DNA of 64,000 bases. Origin: Eledone cirrhosa. Its lineage: Eukaryota. A model generated the notes under the pieces. It was not told where the DNA came from. It was given only the letters and a program-made list of their open reading frames with translations, and did not search any database. Positions within the stretch are counted from its first letter, which is position 1; each line of letters starts with the position of its first letter. A program made the position numbers and the translations under genes. The stretch lies in the NCBI GenBank assembly GCA_964016885.1, contig OZ024740.1, forward strand, positions 225,432,001-225,496,000. The letters are read 5' to 3'. Positions 13,192 through 27,741 of this stretch are shown here, piece after piece.

Positions 13192-16100
13192 TTATATTGA
13201 CAGGATCTTCCTTAGTATATGGGCAGTTCCCATTAGTACTATCTTTTGTATTTCTCCTATACGCGGGTTTCCTGGGATTTGCGATAAGTAGTCGTTAGAC
13301 CCCTTAGGTATCATTCCCAGAGCGCCTACAACCACTGGTATTGTTTTAGTTCTCAATTTCCACATTTTTCCAATTTCTATCTCCAGGTCCTTATACTTGC
13401 TCAATTTTTCAAATGTTTTTATAGATACATTCTTGTCTATTGGAACAGACATATCAATTAGCAGGCATACCCTCCTTTGAAAGTCCTTCAATATTATATC
13501 AGGTCTATTTGCATCTATTTTTCGGTCTGTTTGGATGCTAAAGTTCCACAAGATTGAGATGTGATCTTTTTCAAGTATGGGAGGTGGTTGATGCTCCCAC
13601 CAATTCTTTTGATGGGGCAGGTCAAAATGCTTACACATTATCCAATGTATGTATTGTGCAGCTCTGTCATGCCTGTTTAGGTATTCGGTTGGAGCTATAG
13701 GACTGCACATTGAAATTATATGGTCAATGGTCTCTGGTTGTTTTTTGCATACACGGCATAATGGGCTGCACCCATTTTTTATTATGTTGGCTTGGTAATT
13801 TTTTGTTGGCAGACACTGATCTTGTGCGGATATAATCAGTCCTTCAGTCTCCGATTTCAGTCCAGAGGATGCCAACCACTGATGGGTTAAAGTTTTGTCA
13901 ACATCAGGATTGTTAGCTCGCTCTGGGTATTTTCCATACAGAGGCTTTTCTTGCCATTTCTTAGCCAGTTTCTGTAGCAGTTCTTTCTTTGCAGTTATTT
14001 TTACCTGCTTTGCTTTTTCTGTGTTTTCCATTTCAGCAGTAAATGGGACTTCTGAAATTTGTAGTCCATTACTGTATCTTTGTGCATCTTTTGTAATGGA
14101 ATATGATCTTTTGGTGCTTTCGTGTTTCAAAACGAGTTTGATCATCCAATCATGTGATTCCCTTAGATATGTGGATAATCCAATTGTTGCAGTTTTCAAC
14201 GCAATGTCTAACTGGATTAACCCACGTCCTCCTTCTTTCCTAGGGAGATATATTCTATCTATGTCTGCCTTAGGGTGATGCATTCTGTGCATGGTTAAGA
14301 ATTTTCGGATTTTTGTATCGAGCCTACGGATCTCTGTGCTTGACCAGTTGATGACATTGTAACTGTAGGTTACTACTGGTATGGCAAGCGTGTTTATGGC
14401 ATCGATCCTATTCCTTGCATTCAATTCCGTTCTTAAGATTGCTCTGACTCTGCGGTAACATTCCTTCCTTATCCTTTCCCTCATTGTCGAGTGCTTGATT
14501 CCGTCTCCTTCACAAACACCTAGATATTTGTAAGTTTGTTCTTGATCAAGCTCTCTTATCACGTTCCCCCGATCAAGATTAATGTCTGAACTCTTCAGCA
14601 GCTTTCCTCTGGTGAACGTTGCTTTGGCGCATTTATCCAGTCCAAACTCCATTTTAATGTCATCACATAATGTTATCCACAGTGGATAATAGCCCTTGCA
14701 ATTGTTCATCATTTTTTGCAAATAGTTTCAGGTCATCCATGTAGAACAGGTGATTAATGGTTTTGTCATAGACTCTATATCCATGTTTTGTTTCATTGAG
14801 CATTTTACTTAATGGTATAAGTGCGATGATAAAGAGTCACCCTGAAAAATTCCACAATTAATGTTAACTTCTCCAGCTTCCAGTGATTTTGTTTCACTAT
14901 TCAAAAGGAGTGTCGTTCTCCATGTCCTCATACTGAATGACAAAAACCTCCTGACAACGGGGGATATTTTGAAAATCTCTAAACATTTTTCAATCCAACT
15001 GTGTGGCAAACTATCAAATGCTTTTTTATAATCTATCCAAGCAATCGATAGATTTTTGTGTCTATTATGACAATCTTCCAGTATCATTTTGTTAACCAGA
15101 AGCTGATCCTTACAGCCATATGAGCCTCGTTTACACCCTTTCTGCTCAATGGGAAATAGGTCATTTGTTATCAGGTGGTCATATGTGTATTCAGTTAGGA
15201 CTGATGTTAAAATTTTATACATTGTGGTCAAGCAGGTTATCGGTCTGTAATTTTTGGGATTGTTTGTCTCATCATTCTTCGGTAGCAGGAATGTAATGCC
15301 GTTAACTAGCCATGATGGTATCTTTTCTGGCTCCTTAACTATTTCATTGTAAAGTTGGGCTAACAGCTCATGAGACTCTGTGAAGGCATTTATCCAAAAG
15401 TTTTGTATGTTGTCTTTTCCTGGGGATTTCCATTTGCTGGTTTTTCTTAGAGCCAAGCGCAGCTGTTCAACTGTTATATTTTCCCATGTTTGTTCTTCAA
15501 GGTGAGCTGTTTCTTTCATTTGTCTGTCTATCCATGGGGCATGTATGTTATGAACTTTTTCTTCGGCCCAGATCTTTTCCCAGAATTCTTGCACTTCCTC
15601 CTTGGGTGGTATTGATTTAGCAGTTATTGTTGACTTACCAATTTTTCTGTAGAAGTTTCTTTGGTTGTTTTTGAACATATTATTGTCCTTATAGAATCTA
15701 GATCGTTTTTCAAAGCGCCTTATACGAGCAGCTTTGGCCGACACTTTTTGCTTGATTGTTTCTATCAGCATGTCTATGTCACATGTTGATCTTATACTGT
15801 ACTTTTTTTTCAATTTTCTAAGTTTAGTTTGTTTAACATGTTCACCTACTTTATAGTTTGTTAAAATTTCCATGTCAGATCGGAGAAGGTTTATTTGGCG
15901 ATTGATGTTATCTTGCCAAGTAGATTTCTTGTGGGAATTCCTTTGTTTTTTCATCTTCACTCCACATAAGTGAGTGGTGACTTTAGCCGATGCATAATAG
16001 AGATGATTTAAGTCAGTAATGTTTATTTTGTTTGTGATGATAATGTTTTTGAGAATTATGTTAGTCTTGTGTATTATCTTTTGGTTCTGTTTGGAGTTCT

Positions 16101-16827
16101 GGATCTTAGGGAGGGTGTCTCGTTCGCCCATGTCAGATTCTTTCATTTTCATCCATTCGATCATAATTTCATCCTTCAAGTTGGCAAGTTCATTCTCATT
16201 CATTTCTTTATCATTTACGATCTCATTATTTTCATTTGGAGTTTCATCCTGAGCATGCACTCCCTCCACTTTTTCGCTCCTTTCTTTAATTTGTTCTGTT
16301 GCCAGTGATTCCGCCCCAACTCTGGGATTCGAAGTGTTACAGTTTACCTCGTTTTCACTGACACATGCTTCATTTTCCCTTCGCTGACTTTGTGCTACTA
16401 GCTTGATCTGATCAATTTCTATATCAGTTAGTAACTTTTTTCTTACAATATTTCTTCGTATATTGGCTAGTTTGTTACTGTCAATATAGCCTCTGTTTTC
16501 GGGATGTTTCTTTTTCCAGTTGATATATGTTTGCTCTGTATTCGATGTATTTGATGGGTAGTACATGGCAGTGTAGAAAGCCTCAAGGACTTCTTTATTA
16601 TCTTCCCTTGACCATTTTTCTCTCTTTTTCTTTGGATTTCTTGGTGGTGAGCATGGAGGGCCAACAGTAGGAGTATTCCGGTTATGGGAGGTCTCCAGCT
16701 CCGAAGTGATGGGAAGGTTTGAACCATTAGCTGATTTTTCGACCCCAGTCTGGTTCCTCTCTGAGGGACGCGGCCCTTTTTTACCCGGGTGACGGCCGAT
16801 CCGGTATGAGATTTCATCATTAGACAT
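13192..16827 (-). pseudogene. RT plus restriction-like endonuclease polyprotein, frameshifted near 14670-14835
   Basis: NYRPITCL, WIDYKKAFDS, GIFQGDSL, HLFYMDDLK (~14735), CRVC..ETIDHIISMC, RHD, RPDII..LIDMSVP, KLSKYKDL. Confidence 0.92.
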
Positions 16828-17509
16828 CTACTTTATTTTGTCGCGTTTTATCCTTATCCGCCAAGGGGTAATCTTTTCGTGTTACCACTTCTAGAACGAG
16901 TGTCAACCAAGACTAGAGGGGTCGTTCTCCCCTAGAGACATGGCTATTCCCCGCCGGCCGCCATCCCGGTATTTCTTGGTCACGGGGTTTTCTTTTTGTT
17001 GTTTTTTTAAATTGTTATTATCATGAGTGGTTCCTTAATGTGAGCATTGCGTGGCTTAAGAATGAAATTATTAATAATTGTCTCCACTCCAGGGACAAGG
17101 CCAGCAATCACCCAGTGCATTACAATAATATAATATACTTTTTGTTGTAGTTGGCTGTTATTGCTGCTGGCTATGTCGGTGGTGGTGCCGGGGTTTTTTA
17201 TATTGTTGGTGAGGAAGGGGTGAGCCAGCAGTCCCATAATTGTTGATGTAGACGTTTGTCCGTGGCAAGGTCACCAAGTCAATCTATTTATATCTTTTGC
17301 TAGCCTCTCTCTTGTCTAGTGCTACCACCACCTTCCCTTTTCTCTCTCAAGTTAACAGGGGAATAGTGTCAGTAGCATTGAATGAGTGGTGGCGGCGATG
17401 ATGGATGTGGTGGAGTTGTGGCAGCGGTGGTGTTGTGGTTACTGATATAGTATCTATGAGTTTGTGTTCGTATGTTTAATATATATTTTCATTATATTTT
17501 GTGTTGACA

Positions 17510-17612
17510 ATCCCGCCGAGGTTGACTTTGCCTTTCATCCTTACGGGGTCGATAAAATAAAGAACCAGTAATGCACTGGGTAATTGCTGGCCTTGTGCCT
17601 AAAGTAGAAACA
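17510..17612 (+). mobile_element. 5'-truncated SINE family A with 19-bp TSD
   Basis: ATTATATTTTGTGTTGACA at 17491-17509 and 17613-17631 flanks the SINE 3' half. Confidence 0.85.
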
Positions 17613-17657
17613 ATTATATTTTGTGTTGACATATTCCCGTAAAATTTGAATTAAACA

Positions 17658-17662
<5 letters not shown>

Positions 17663-17709
<47 letters not shown>

Positions 17710-18379
17710 TTTGAGTCTCAGTCATTGATGTTAGTTAACTGGAAAGTTTGTTGAAATGAATATCAAGCCACTACCTGCAGCCTCAGATATTCAGGACGTA
17801 TCGGAGGGTTCTTGCTGTTCCCAGCAAGCATGCCTTTTGAAGCGTTCCAAAAAGCGTGAAAGCGCCAATTTTCTTTAACCATCCCTGGAAACTTTTTGAG
17901 ATAGTCCCTAGTGCGCCTATGACAATCGGGACCACTTTGACTTCATGGCAGTTCCAAATCCTTTTTACCTCCCACTTTAAGTCCTGGTATCGGTTAATTT
18001 TCTCCCTCTCCTTCTCTTGCACTCTCGTGTCGAATGGGCAGGCCACATCCACAATCAGGCACAACCTTTTTTCTTTGTCCACAACCACCAGGTCAGGTCT
18101 ATTGTGTTCCAGTTTCTTGTCCGTCTGTATCCTAAAATCCCACAGCACCTTCACATGATCGTTTTCTATCACCGACTCTGGCTTATGCTCATACCACTTC
18201 TCAGAATGTGGTAAATTTTTTACTTTGCATAGGTGCCAGTGGATCACCCTGCTCATCACATCATGTCTCCAGCCCTTATAGTGAGTCTGCGCTAGGTGTT
18301 TACACTCGGATACAATGTGAGCCACAGTCTCCTCTCTCTCTCCACAGATCCTGCACAGTGGACTAGCCTCCTCCTTGTA
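17663..18379 (-). mobile_element. R4/Dong-like LINE family C, 5'-truncated (RLE end plus (TAA)n tail)
   Basis: CRICGEREETVAHIVSEC, RHD, RPDLVV..IVDVACP, KINRYQDL; (TAA)n at 17663-17708. Confidence 0.88.
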
Positions 18380-18998
18380 AATATTATTATTATTACAGTT
18401 GCATTTATCTTGCTTTATGTTCATACGAGTTATCACCAAGTCACAACCAGTGACCTCAAGAGACAACAAGGTCCGCCATGTTCAAGAAAGAACATACATA
18501 CTCACACATGCATCTTTAGTGTTTAGACTTGTGATGTTTTTATTTTGACAGAATCTTCCTTAGTATATGGGCAGTTCCCATTAGTACTATCTTTTGTATT
18601 TCTCCTATACGCGGGTTTACTGGGATTTGTGATAAGTAATCATTAGACCCCTTAGGTATCATTCCCAGAGCGCCTACAACCACTGGTATTGTTTTAGTTC
18701 TCAATTTCCACATTTTTCCAATTTCTATCTCCAGGTCCTTATACTTGCTCAATTTTTCAAATGTTTTTATAGATACATTCTTGTCTATTGGAATGGACAT
18801 ATCAATTAGCAGGCATACCCTCTTTTTAAAGTCCTTCAATATTATATCAGGTCTACTTGCATCTATTTTTCGGTCTGTTTGGATGCTAAAGTTCCACAAG
18901 ATTGAGGTGTGATCTTTTTCAAGTATGGGAGGTGGTTGATGCTCCCACCAATTCTTTTGATGGGGCAGGTCAAAATGCTTACACATTATCCAATGTAT

Positions 18999-19000
<2 letters not shown>
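18380..19000 (-). mobile_element. Second 5'-truncated copy of R4/Dong family A 3' end
   Basis: Near-identical to ~13054-13655; short TAA tail at 18380-18395; (ATT)n at 19001-19050 on the 5' side. Confidence 0.9.
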
Positions 19001-19053
<53 letters not shown>

Positions 19054-19099
19054 CCTTTCCCTCTTTCTCTACCTCGAATATATGCTCATTAGCAAAAAT

Positions 19100-20600
19100 G
19101 CATGATAATATATAGGATATATTTTGTTAAACTAGATTATTTAAGATATTGCTAGTGTGGCTTGAGTCCTTATATATATGTACTTTAGTGTCTAATTTCA
19201 CTTTCAGAATGGATATTACAATATTATTGAGAATTGTAGAGCTAATGGGCAACATCAAGAAATTTCGCAGATTTCAAATTGTTTTCTATGGCATTAGTTA
19301 AACCTTCTTTTTTTCTAAAAAAAAGTAGTGGATGTCCTTTCAAATAACATTCATAGCTAGGGTTGCAGTTTCTGATGGGTAACATACTATCATCCCTATA
19401 TAATCCACTCTCCAAGATGGGAAAAATTGATTTTAAGTGAGTCGCTGCAGAGTGACTCACATGCAGGGAGGAAATAGAAATTTGAAAATGTTTTTGGTCC
19501 GGATGGTGCTGTTACACAATATGAGTGATTTCCTAGAAAGGAAGATAATGGTGCTTCCATTTATGATGTTGATTATAGTTCTAACCCAGTTTAAGACCTT
19601 AATAAGGAGTGGCTTATGGAATAATAATAGTATTTAATATTGAATTGCAGGAATTTAAAGTTATATTTATCAGAACATTATTTAAAACATATCATAAACT
19701 AATGACTGACTGACTGTATATTGTTTCACTGTGATAAAGCAATGGTTTCACTTAGTTTAGGTAAGAATTTGTCTGCCTTGTTTTTGCAAATAATATTTGT
19801 TTGATTTAACAAAGATCATGAGTTGAGGTAGATAAAGTTAATGCTATTAATGTTACTTTCATAGCTCTTAAAATTGAAGCATTGTGGCTTTGGGTTGAGT
19901 GTTTCAGTTCTGTTGTCTATACTGAGATGATAAGTAATTCTCTGTCCATAGATAATCATCTCAATAAGAGAACTTAAAGATGTCCTGTATGTATTTGTGA
20001 TGGAATTTAAAATGAGGTGGTAGTATAAGATGATATAAAGTTTGATATTGTTTGAATGCTCAAATATTGATTCAGACTTTGTTTGTCTATAATCAGCTTT
20101 TAAAAAGATCAAATATTCTGTACTCAAAAGGGTGTAGCTTCCCATTCATTGGTTGACATTTATAAGTTTTGACTCCAAAATTGGCTTTTTTACTGCCATC
20201 TTTTTGCTTATTTAAGTGGTAAGCACATCACGAAAGTCAATCTTTTAATGATGCTAACTTTTTTCATCGTGGCAAGCATTTAAGATAGAAAATCTAGTTG
20301 AGATAACCAAGTCTTACTTATGCATGATGCTGTTGTGCTTGAAAGAATTCTTAACTGAAAGAAGCTGGTGTATAGAAACATTCTGGTCATTATGAGTTCT
20401 TAAAATGTTTCCATTATACAAGGAAGCAATAAAAACCACAAAAGTATTTTTTTTATTATTGTAAAGCCTCAAATATAACACCCAGTTCAAGTTAGAAAGC
20501 ATAAACACTCTATCATATATACTATCATTATAACAGAAGTCTATAAGAGTCAATATAGTCACTCAATCTAATAGCGATATTAACTGATTCAATCCTGTAA
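19100..20600 (-). mobile_element. Highly decayed Penelope-like RT remnant
   Basis: GLYRDD and KFLDV motifs in 19242-19460; upstream frames are only weakly similar, so boundaries are approximate. Confidence 0.55.
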
Positions 20601-22468
20601 TTGCTTTATAAAGGGCTAAATTACATTGGTTAATTAAGTCCTCCTATGTTTCTTTAAAAAGAGTAGATGGTCATGACAAACATACCTTTGTCCATATATC
20701 TAATTGACTGCAGTTGTCCTGTGGCTAAACAACTTACAGACAATAGCAAGAGAGATTTACATATTATTGTTGTTGATGACCTAGGTCCACCAATTGAGCA
20801 ATCTTGTGATCAAATCACTCCACCCATGACCATCTTGTTTTCTGGGGGTGGGGGTTTTCTTATTCTAAGTATCATGTACTCCAGTTTACATTGTGCAATG
20901 TGACACATTTTTCTTTTAAGATGACAGTGTAATTTGATAGAGATTTGGCTGTTATTTCCAGCTAGTTGGGCTGCCACATACAGACACCCCATCCTCCACC
21001 CATTAGTGCATGAAATATGTTATTATTATTTAGCCCTAAGTTTCCCTTGATCGTGCAAACTTATGATCAAAGTAATTTAAGCAGCGACCATCTTGTCATT
21101 TCTTACTAGATATTGTCTACCCTGAACTATATTATCCATAGTGACTTTCCTCGTGTTTTCAAATAATAGAATGTGATTTGAAGTAGGTTTGTCTGTATCT
21201 CTAGCAGGTTGTACAATGGCATAGAAACTCCTTTGTTAGCTTTTGAAGTTTATGTCATCATACAAGGTGATAATCTCTGATTCTAGAATTTAACATGCTG
21301 TTCTGGTGTATGGCTGACATAAAAGATGGGAACATTAACAATGACCACAGCTAATTGGAGAAATTATCAATATACTAAAGTTGTATGCTTTAGGAACATT
21401 CAATTGTATTTCCAGTAAAAGTTAGCTTAAAGGTATTCCAGAATATCTACAAAGATCATTTGGATGTAAAAGGAGTAATACTGAATATCTTTTGAAAATA
21501 GTTACATCTTTGGAATGATTGTGGAATGCAAATGTTAAATTATATTAACTAATAGTTTCAGGAAAGACTACATAAAGTTCTCAAGTAGCTACAGAAGTAT
21601 CATCTGTGACTACCTGGAAGCTGGTTTTAAATTCTTCTGGGAAAAGACAACTTCATAAATCATCTGTGCACATTCATTCTATTCTTGGGCTATTATGCTT
21701 TCTGAATATACAAAAGATAAGATGTATGCATGTTTTGGCCTATTACATTATAAAAGTGATGACATGAAAAAATTATAATGATCATATAATCAAGAATATA
21801 TATACTTAAATAACTTGTATGTAGTTGGTAGCTGAGAGAAGAGAGTACTCAATACCAAAGAAGAGTTTAAATATTAATTTTATTAAGGATAAATAGTGAG
21901 TCATTTTACTCAGGATTTTTGCCATTTTATCATCAGACTGTTTGATAAACTAACTTAGAGATAAACAGGCCTTGATAAATTTAGCATACTTGAACTATAT
22001 ATTACACATATATATATTTATGTCATGCTCTCAATCCCTTCACTTATTTAATCTGGTTCTCCTTCTACTTCTTCTCCTCCCCCTCCTCCTCCTCATCATC
22101 ATCATCATCACCATCACCCTCTCTCTCTCTCATATAAATAAGCAAAGTCTTTTGAATATACACACTGCTACAGCTAAGTGATTCACTCACACACATGGAC
22201 AACCCTATATCTTTATACAAATAATATTGCGTAAAGAAAGTCAAGAAACAACAGGATGACTTATAAGGTTTATTCCATAATCTCAAGACTGTTTAAAGTG
22301 GCAGCAGAAACTCTACCTCCATTTAAATATTATAATCTAATTACATGAAATAATTTCCTTGACATTTGACCTCAGCAAGAAATTGGTATATATTATGTAT
22401 AAATATTATAATGAGGCATAAAAAAAGGAGAAAAATAAAACATTTATCGACACAGAATTTTAGAAGTT

Positions 22469-22810
22469 TTATACACATGTGTATGTCTGTGTATGTGTGT
22501 GAGTGTTTGATTGTCTGTTAGTGTTAGTGTGTGTGTATGTATGCATGCATGTGTGTGTATGTATGCATGCATGTATGTGTGTGTATGTATGTATGTATGT
22601 ATGTATATATGTATGTATGTATATATGTATGTGTGTGTTTGTATTTATGTATATATGTGTATGTATAGATGTATGTGTATGTATGTATATATATGTATGT
22701 GTGTGTGTATGTGTGCATATATGTGTGTATGTATGTGTGCATGCATGTATGTATGTATGTGTATGTATGCATGTTTGTATGTATGTGTATATATGCATGT
22801 ATGTATGTAT
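22469..22810. repeat. (TG)/(TATG) compound microsatellite
   Basis: Direct reading. Confidence 0.95.
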
Positions 22811-23736
22811 GATTTGTTCTACTCAACACATTCTGTAAATTAGTTTTACTAACTAAAGTATCATTAGTTTAAACAGTCATCAATAAAATAAAATTCCTTT
22901 AGATGTAATTGAATCGAAATCAGCCTGAAGAAGGAAAATGAAAAAATTAAAAGAACAAAGGGAGATCATTTTTTTTTTTATTAATTTAATTAAATTGTTT
23001 GAAATTTTATTTAATCTTTATATTTGAATTTCTGGACATAAATTTGGTAACATTAAAATTTGATTTATGACCAATTGGATCAAATAAAATAAAATTTATA
23101 AAAATTTACTTTTAATGGATGAAGTGCTATGATGAAACAATATGCATTGAAATGAGCTCATATATATTACAAAATCGAAACATCACTTTATAATTAGTTC
23201 CGTGTGAAAATATAGACAGACCAAGGGAATAATTTAGTAAACAAGTTTTTATTTTGACTGAACATTTTTCGACTGCTAATGTTAATGAGAGATATCTTGG
23301 GGTTAAACCTATCTGATAAACTAATTTAGAGACTGATAGTAAAAGTTTAATATGTTCTCCTTGCCAACATTCTATTGATTATTTCATTTCTGCTATAAAT
23401 CTTTATTATCTAGCTATAGGTTTTCTGCTGTCTCATTTATAATTGTGCCTCTTATACATCAGCAGATATAGAAACAAACATTACAGAACTTTACAATACA
23501 AGTGTTAATTTTCCTAAATACTACCTTGCAATGACAAGATAGATAATTAGCACCATTATTCATAGATATTTGTTTGAATTAACATAACTGGAATCAAACA
23601 CACTAATTACCAGGAACCGATTTTCTTCATTTTATATTAACTTTTTTGTTGTTGTTGCTGTTGCTGCTGTTGCCTTTGTAGTGGTTCCTTTACTTATTTA
23701 TTTATTATTATTAAACCCTTGTGGTTAATAAAGAAA

Positions 23737-23801
<65 letters not shown>

Positions 23802-24699
23802 GTTGTTGTTGTTGTTGTTGTTGTTGTTATTATTATTAATCATCTTTTTCTTTACATTTTTTGATTGCTAGCCAATATGTAATCTTTTTCAATTTCACTA
23901 AAAAAAATAAAATGTCATACAATAATTTCTAATATAAAATATTCACATGCAAAAGTAATTCTGTTAAGAAAATTAGTGAGTTTGTTTCCTGTAAATTCAC
24001 TTTCATTGCATATTGTTTGTTGATTCTTTGAAGATCTATTGATTTGTGTGCAGAAATCTATTTCTCTTATCACTTCTATAACCAAAGCTTACTTTCTAGT
24101 TTTCCCCTTGTCATCTGTATAGCACTACATTGTAATATACATTAATATTTAAGAAATTTACATAATATTTAATTTTCTATCAAGCACATCAAAGGGAAAG
24201 TAGCAAAGAGGAAATTGTAATTAAAAGCTTACATAAATATAACGTTGAAAATGTTCTAGAATTATTTCTATATGCTAGTGCAGTTTGTGTAATAATTGTC
24301 TATAGTTTTTTCGTATTATTATTGCTGTTATATTTTGTTGATGTTGCTCATCAAACATTGTTATTAAAATCCTTGTTATTGAAAAATTATTAAAAGTAAA
24401 ATTTATTTTTCTGATTGCTTTGAAATATTGCAAGAGTACATACCTCTTCATTACTTCAATTTTGTTGAAATACCTTATACTCACGTGTTGAGCAAAATCT
24501 AAATTTTGAAAATAGTATTATTTAATGATGTGTAGATATTAATAAAATGTAATATGGTCTACACACCCTTACAAAACACTATGTAACCTGTAGAGTTCAG
24601 ATGACATACTACAGGGTTCAGGGAAAACAATAGATAGGACATATCCGTTAGCTACAACTTAATTAAGCTAGCTGATAGTTATATATCATGGAAGGAAGA

Positions 24700-25043
<344 letters not shown>

Positions 25044-26501
25044 TTTTTATTATCTGCTTTCCCTGCTAGCACATTTATCATTGTGTATCTGTTTCCTAAG
25101 CTTGTCAAATATTGTGAATGTAAACCATAACAATTATCTAACGAGCTGCTAGCTGAAGCTGAAGTAACCCATCTTGTAAATTGTTGAGGCAGTTCCTCAT
25201 ATGATTGGCTAAAACTTGCTTACTTAATATTTTATAGCTCATTGCTCACAATTGCTTACTTGATATGCTTTAGTTTGTTGACTGCAATTTTCCAGCTGAT
25301 AGTCTCTTGCCTGCAGTTGTAACATTAAAAGACTCTTGATGCAGTCTATAATCATTATAGATCATTATATACCATTTCATTCAGTTGGCATCCTGAACAG
25401 CTGTTGCATCCTGATGTGAAATAGATATGCTGTTGCATAGATAGTGGCTGTTGAGTTATATGTTCAGATGTGCGCAATAATCTAGACAAACATTTCAAAA
25501 AATCTCATTTTCAATAAAATCAGCTTCATCAGTAGTGTAAAATGAAGTGTTGGCTGAAAGGTTTATAATTTAAAAAAAACATTAACACCTCTCATTATCA
25601 TCATCACCATTTAACATCCATTTTCTACGCTATATGAGTTAATCTCATTCACTAATTCTTCATATTCTAGCAGAATATATAAAGATATTGTTACTATGCC
25701 CCCAGGTCAGCCCGATTGAGAATATTCATGAATCATGATCAAATGTGTTCCAGCCGTGACTATCCCATCAGTTTTTATGTCAGCCACAACATCATGCAAT
25801 ACATCATTCTTTATTCGAAAAAGGATAATGTGAATCATGAGAGATGTGACAGCTATTTCTAGTAGATTAAACTGCTGAGCTCCCTCCTTTTTCACTATGA
25901 ATCATTTTTATTTATATGTTATATTTAGTATATGAGAAAGGTTTTGTATTGCTTCTACATTGTGGAATTATAAGCAATAAGGTAATTGGCAGAATCAATA
26001 GAACAGCAGATAGAATGCTTTGTAGTATCCATCTTGACTCTCTGCACTCTGAGTTCAAATCCCACCAAGGTCAATTTTGCCATTCATCTATTAAAGGTCA
26101 ATAAAAAATGTACAAGTCCTAGTACTAGGGTTGATTCTTCTTTTATATTTTTATTTCACTCTCTTTCTCTCACTCATTCTATCCTGCTCTGGAAGAAATC
26201 TGATGTATTCAGACCTGGAGAGTATTGGGATCCATCAGGTTAAAAAATGCCCTAGAAACACCATATGTCAATACAACACCCCTACAATTCCTTAGGAGTT
26301 ACAGAACCATCCTTGCATGCATGGTAAGTAAATACCATTATTTCATCTGTAGGATTATGAATTATATCCCCTCCTTGATTTAAAATTAGTAAATAAAGAG
26401 ATTGTGAAAGGAGTGTATGAGTTTACCTTCACAAAGAACCATGGATGAGAGCCAAAACAAAATTAGTATGGCTGCAATTTATTAGGTGAGGGAGCTTATA
26501 T

Positions 26502-26542
<41 letters not shown>

Positions 26543-27390
26543 TACATATAATTTGGTATGCACCTCCCGCATCTTTAGCTATCAAAACACCGCTGGCAAA
26601 TTTATTCTTTAAGGCTTTAGATAAATGCTTTCCCAGTACACATAAGTACTATTCTATATTAATTAGACATACAATTAAGCTATCATACTCAACAACTATG
26701 AATATGCCACAGAACATTGCAAAAATAAATAGTAGAATTCTTAATCATAACCAACAAACAATTAGGGATAATGGCAATATTAACATTAGCAATAATATTG
26801 ATACTGTGAATAATAATAACATTAACTTAAGCACTCACAACAGAACACCTTCATCTATTATCAATGATAACGTGTACAGTTTAAATTATAATAATAACAG
26901 TAAATCGAAATGTAACTGTAGAAATAGATCGAATTGCCCTCTGCAAAATAATTGTCTTGATAAGAACCTAGTTTATAAATGTACTGTTAAAGCAAATAAC
27001 ATCACCTACAACTATATAGGAGCAACCTCATCGATCTTTAAATTAAGATAACAAGCACTCTTTTTCGAATCCGGATAAGAAATTCTCTATTTCTTTATCA
27101 CAACTCATATGGTCCTTGAAAGACAAAAATTTAGAGTACTCAATATTTTGGTCGAAACTCTGTAATAGCCAAGTCTACATTAATTCATCCGTATCACCTA
27201 ACTACAATCTTTGTGATATGGAAACCCTATTAGTAATTACTAATTATGATACATTAATTAACAAAAAAAGTGAATTATTCTCAAATTGCTTGCACAAAGC
27301 TATATCTACATTCCAAGCTTCACAAAAAATCAGGAAAAAAACATTGAATAAATGTGAAATGATTTAAACATTTATTAATAACTCTGAGTG

Positions 27391-27741
27391 GCGCATGGAG
27401 GCACATGGCTTAGTGGTTAGAGCATTGTCCTTGCAATCGAAAGGTTGTGAGTTCAATTCTCAAACCGGGTGATGTGTTGTTTCCTTGAGCAAGACACTTT
27501 ATTTCACATTGCTCCAGTTTACTCAGCTGTAGAAATGAGATGATAGGGACTGGGGTCCATATCATTCCACTGCAAAGTGGTCGTGGACGTGTCACAGCAA
27601 AATAGCACCCAGCGCTCACTGTAAATGAGGTTGGTGTTAGAAAGGGCATCCAGCTGTAGAAATCAAGCCAGAATCAGTTCCCGTCCCACCCTTGCAAGCA
27701 GGGAAAAGCAGACGTAAAATGAAATGATGATGATGATGATG
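27391..27741 (+). mobile_element. tRNA-derived SINE (family B) with RTE-like tail and (GAT)n
   Basis: A box TGGCTTAGTGG, B box GAGTTCAATTC, CCTTGAGCAAGACACT core; TGAGTG duplicated at the flanks. Confidence 0.88.

Larger units (their letters stand above)
13028..17660 (-). mobile_element. R4/Dong-like RLE LINE, family A, near full length with (TAA)n tail
   Basis: Single long ORF with RT, CCHC and restriction-like endonuclease; 3' UTR ends in (TAA)n at 13028-13052. Confidence 0.9.

Noticed and set aside
17076-17125. SINE A tail-like sequence within the R4 leader, suggesting a partnership
   Set aside because: Partner LINEs share 3' ends, not 5' leaders; more simply an old SINE stub insertion
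26180-26330. Possible exon ending in ATG/GTAAGT
   Set aside because: All frames are interrupted and a lone donor motif is expected by chance
27397-27470. tRNA-like sequences with A/B boxes
   Set aside because: SINE heads continuing into core and tail; no complete cloverleaf
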